Positions 62,191 through 64,000 of a DNA stretch of 64,000 nucleotides are shown in pieces; position 1 is the stretch's first letter, and every line of letters begins with the position of its first letter. Location: positions 6,572,001 to 6,636,000 of the forward strand of contig CP110439.1 of assembly GCA_026914245.1 (NCBI GenBank). The letters are read 5' to 3'. The position numbers and the translations under genes are program-made. The stretch is from Puccinia triticina. Its lineage: Eukaryota. Under the pieces are notes generated by a model that worked only from the letters and a program-made list of their open reading frames with translations, was not told the origin of the DNA and ran no database searches.

Positions 62191-63211
62191 ATAAAACTGT
62201 TTTAGCGTCCATCAAGCTACACGAAGTCCGCGAATTAAATCCACAGAAGGCAGAGCTTGGGTTATTGGTATTTGGGAGGGGTGGATGCTTGGGCCAAGGA
62301 GTGAGGAGAACCCTTACTTTTCTAATACTTCCATTGAGTTTAGGGGAAGGGTGAGGTGGCTAGCGGTTGACGGACGGCGAGTGTGAATGGGGTGGACAAC
62401 ACCTATTGGGGGAGTTGCTGGTGCTTCTAGCAGACGGATGTTGGCCAAGTTCAAGGGGGCGGTCACAGATGCGGTGGATTTTGACATTGCCAAGAGCCAA
62501 AAACGGTAGGTGTTGCTGGTCGGGGGGATGGCCAAGCTGGAGCTCAAGGGCCAGTGGCGTCAATTTGAATTCAAATCTTGGCCCAAGGCTGTTGATGGTT
62601 GGGTTGCTTGCAGCTTGGGTGGTTTCTGGATACATGGTTGTTGTTGTCATGTGCAGCCCAAAACCAGACAATGCCTATCCTGTCAAACCACCGCCTTGCA
62701 GGTTGGAGATACCAGAGAGGTGTGGCGGTGGTGTAGTTTCAGGGCTTGATTAATGCTAGATCGTCTATAAAATAGACTTTGGCTTGCTTGCTTATGTGCG
62801 CCAGGGCGTCCTCTGCCGCTGTAATTCCAGCGTGCAGTTCGTCCTCACCCCTCCGCTGTTGCACTTGCGCAGTCTGAGGGGCTAAACTTGTTGGCCCCCC
62901 TTTGCATAATGCCTTCAATGCGGCGCGCTGGGGGCCATCCACCCACTATTTTAAACCCTGCTAGACAGGGATGGATAGTGGGTCTAGTTTGTGGTGTTTA
63001 GATTTTGTGTTAAGAACACTTTTTTTGTGATTTGTTTTTTTTGGAAGGGGGAACCCTTCCATTTTTTTTTTTTGTAATTTTGTTAATTTGTAGGGGGAAC
63101 CCTTGATCTTTGTTTCTGTGTTTCTCTGTCTTTAATAAACTTGGATGAGTTAACATCACAGCATGAGGCTGTGGCACTTGAGATAATTCCAGGCATATTT
63201 TCCTCTGTAAC

Positions 63212-63339
63212 TAGGGATTGTTGATTTAGACCCGGGTACCAACCGGTACCTGGGTACCCCCTTGTTTTTTGTTCCACATCAGGTACCTAGTACCGCACCC
63301 GGAACCGCCTGGCGGGTACCACAGGTACTGCCAGCGCTA
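63212..63339. mobile_element. Small GGTACC-rich hAT-type remnant
   Basis: tagggat...cagcgcta ends with several ggtacc motifs; no TSD verified. Confidence 0.45.
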
Positions 63340-63701
63340 GCTTTTGTCTCCATTGCCATAACCAGCCCTCCAATACTTAATTAACTACCATTTATATTGC
63401 AAGCATCACCAAAGACCTTAATTTATACTATGTAAACTAGCCAAACCAACTCATACTGGGATTAATCATCATCTAAGACAATTACCTTTCTTTTAGAATT
63501 CTTTGTGGTCTTGCTGGAATCCTCGTATTTTTGTTTCCATCCGGCCAGGGTACCTTCTTTGATTCTTCTGGTTTTTGAATAGAAGGCAACAGTCATTCCG
63601 CCACTTATTGAGTTTGGTCCAAGTCGGTGCCTTCTTGATGGGAGGAAGACCAGGATTTTGAGGTATTTGACTTCGAAGAGTTAAATCAATTCAAGGAAGC
63701 C

Positions 63702-63995
63702 ATGCAATCAAGTTTACCTTACACCAATGTACAAGAATCAATTCAAAATATCCTTATACAGCATGAAAAATACTACAAACAAAGGGAATTTTATGATTAC
63801 TATCCTTTGGAAGATCTTGATTCAAAGTTTTTGTGTCTTCTCAAACACTTTGAAAAATTTTCTAGAAGAATTGTTGATTACTATGAGGCAAAGTTTGAAA
63901 AATTGGTCACAAGAGAGAAGTTAGATGGAAAAGTTGAAAAAAACAAATTCCATACTGGGCATTTTATGTTTGCAAAGGGTTTCTTGCAATTTTGA
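63702..63995 (+). other. Possible coding fragment of unknown function
   Basis: 97-aa protein-like ORF; the upstream frame contains stops; no recognisable domain. Confidence 0.3.
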
Positions 63996-64000
63996 CTGTT

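Noticed and set aside
62400..62640. Possible actin-related-protein fragment (VGGMAKLE...DGWVACSLGG)
   Set aside because: Similarity is too weak to support by eye.

Overview
Repeat-dense eukaryotic (fungal) DNA. The intron style, TE families and protein families point to a rust fungus such as Puccinia (inference, not a database result). Most of the window is nested, mostly decayed transposons: a Ty3/Gypsy element, two hAT transposase relics, two PIF/Harbinger elements, two non-autonomous LTR elements, three solo LTRs, foldback elements, many MITEs, and one structurally complete 11.5-kb Kyakuja-Dileera-Zisupton (KDZ) element with ~325-bp TIRs, an 8-bp TSD and an HMG-box-like second gene. Host genes are three paralogous two-exon secreted proteins (candidate effectors whose signal-peptide exon the ORF track misses) and an R3H-domain gene. 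A mosaic of housekeeping-gene fragments (homoaconitase-like, TRM2-like) lies near 60-63 kb. The most notable points are the complete KDZ element with a tRNA-like B-box module in both TIRs, a hAT/MITE group with CAAYGG termini and 7-bp TSDs, and the effector-like array split by about 27 kb of nested TEs. All coordinates were read by eye; those marked ~ are approximate.
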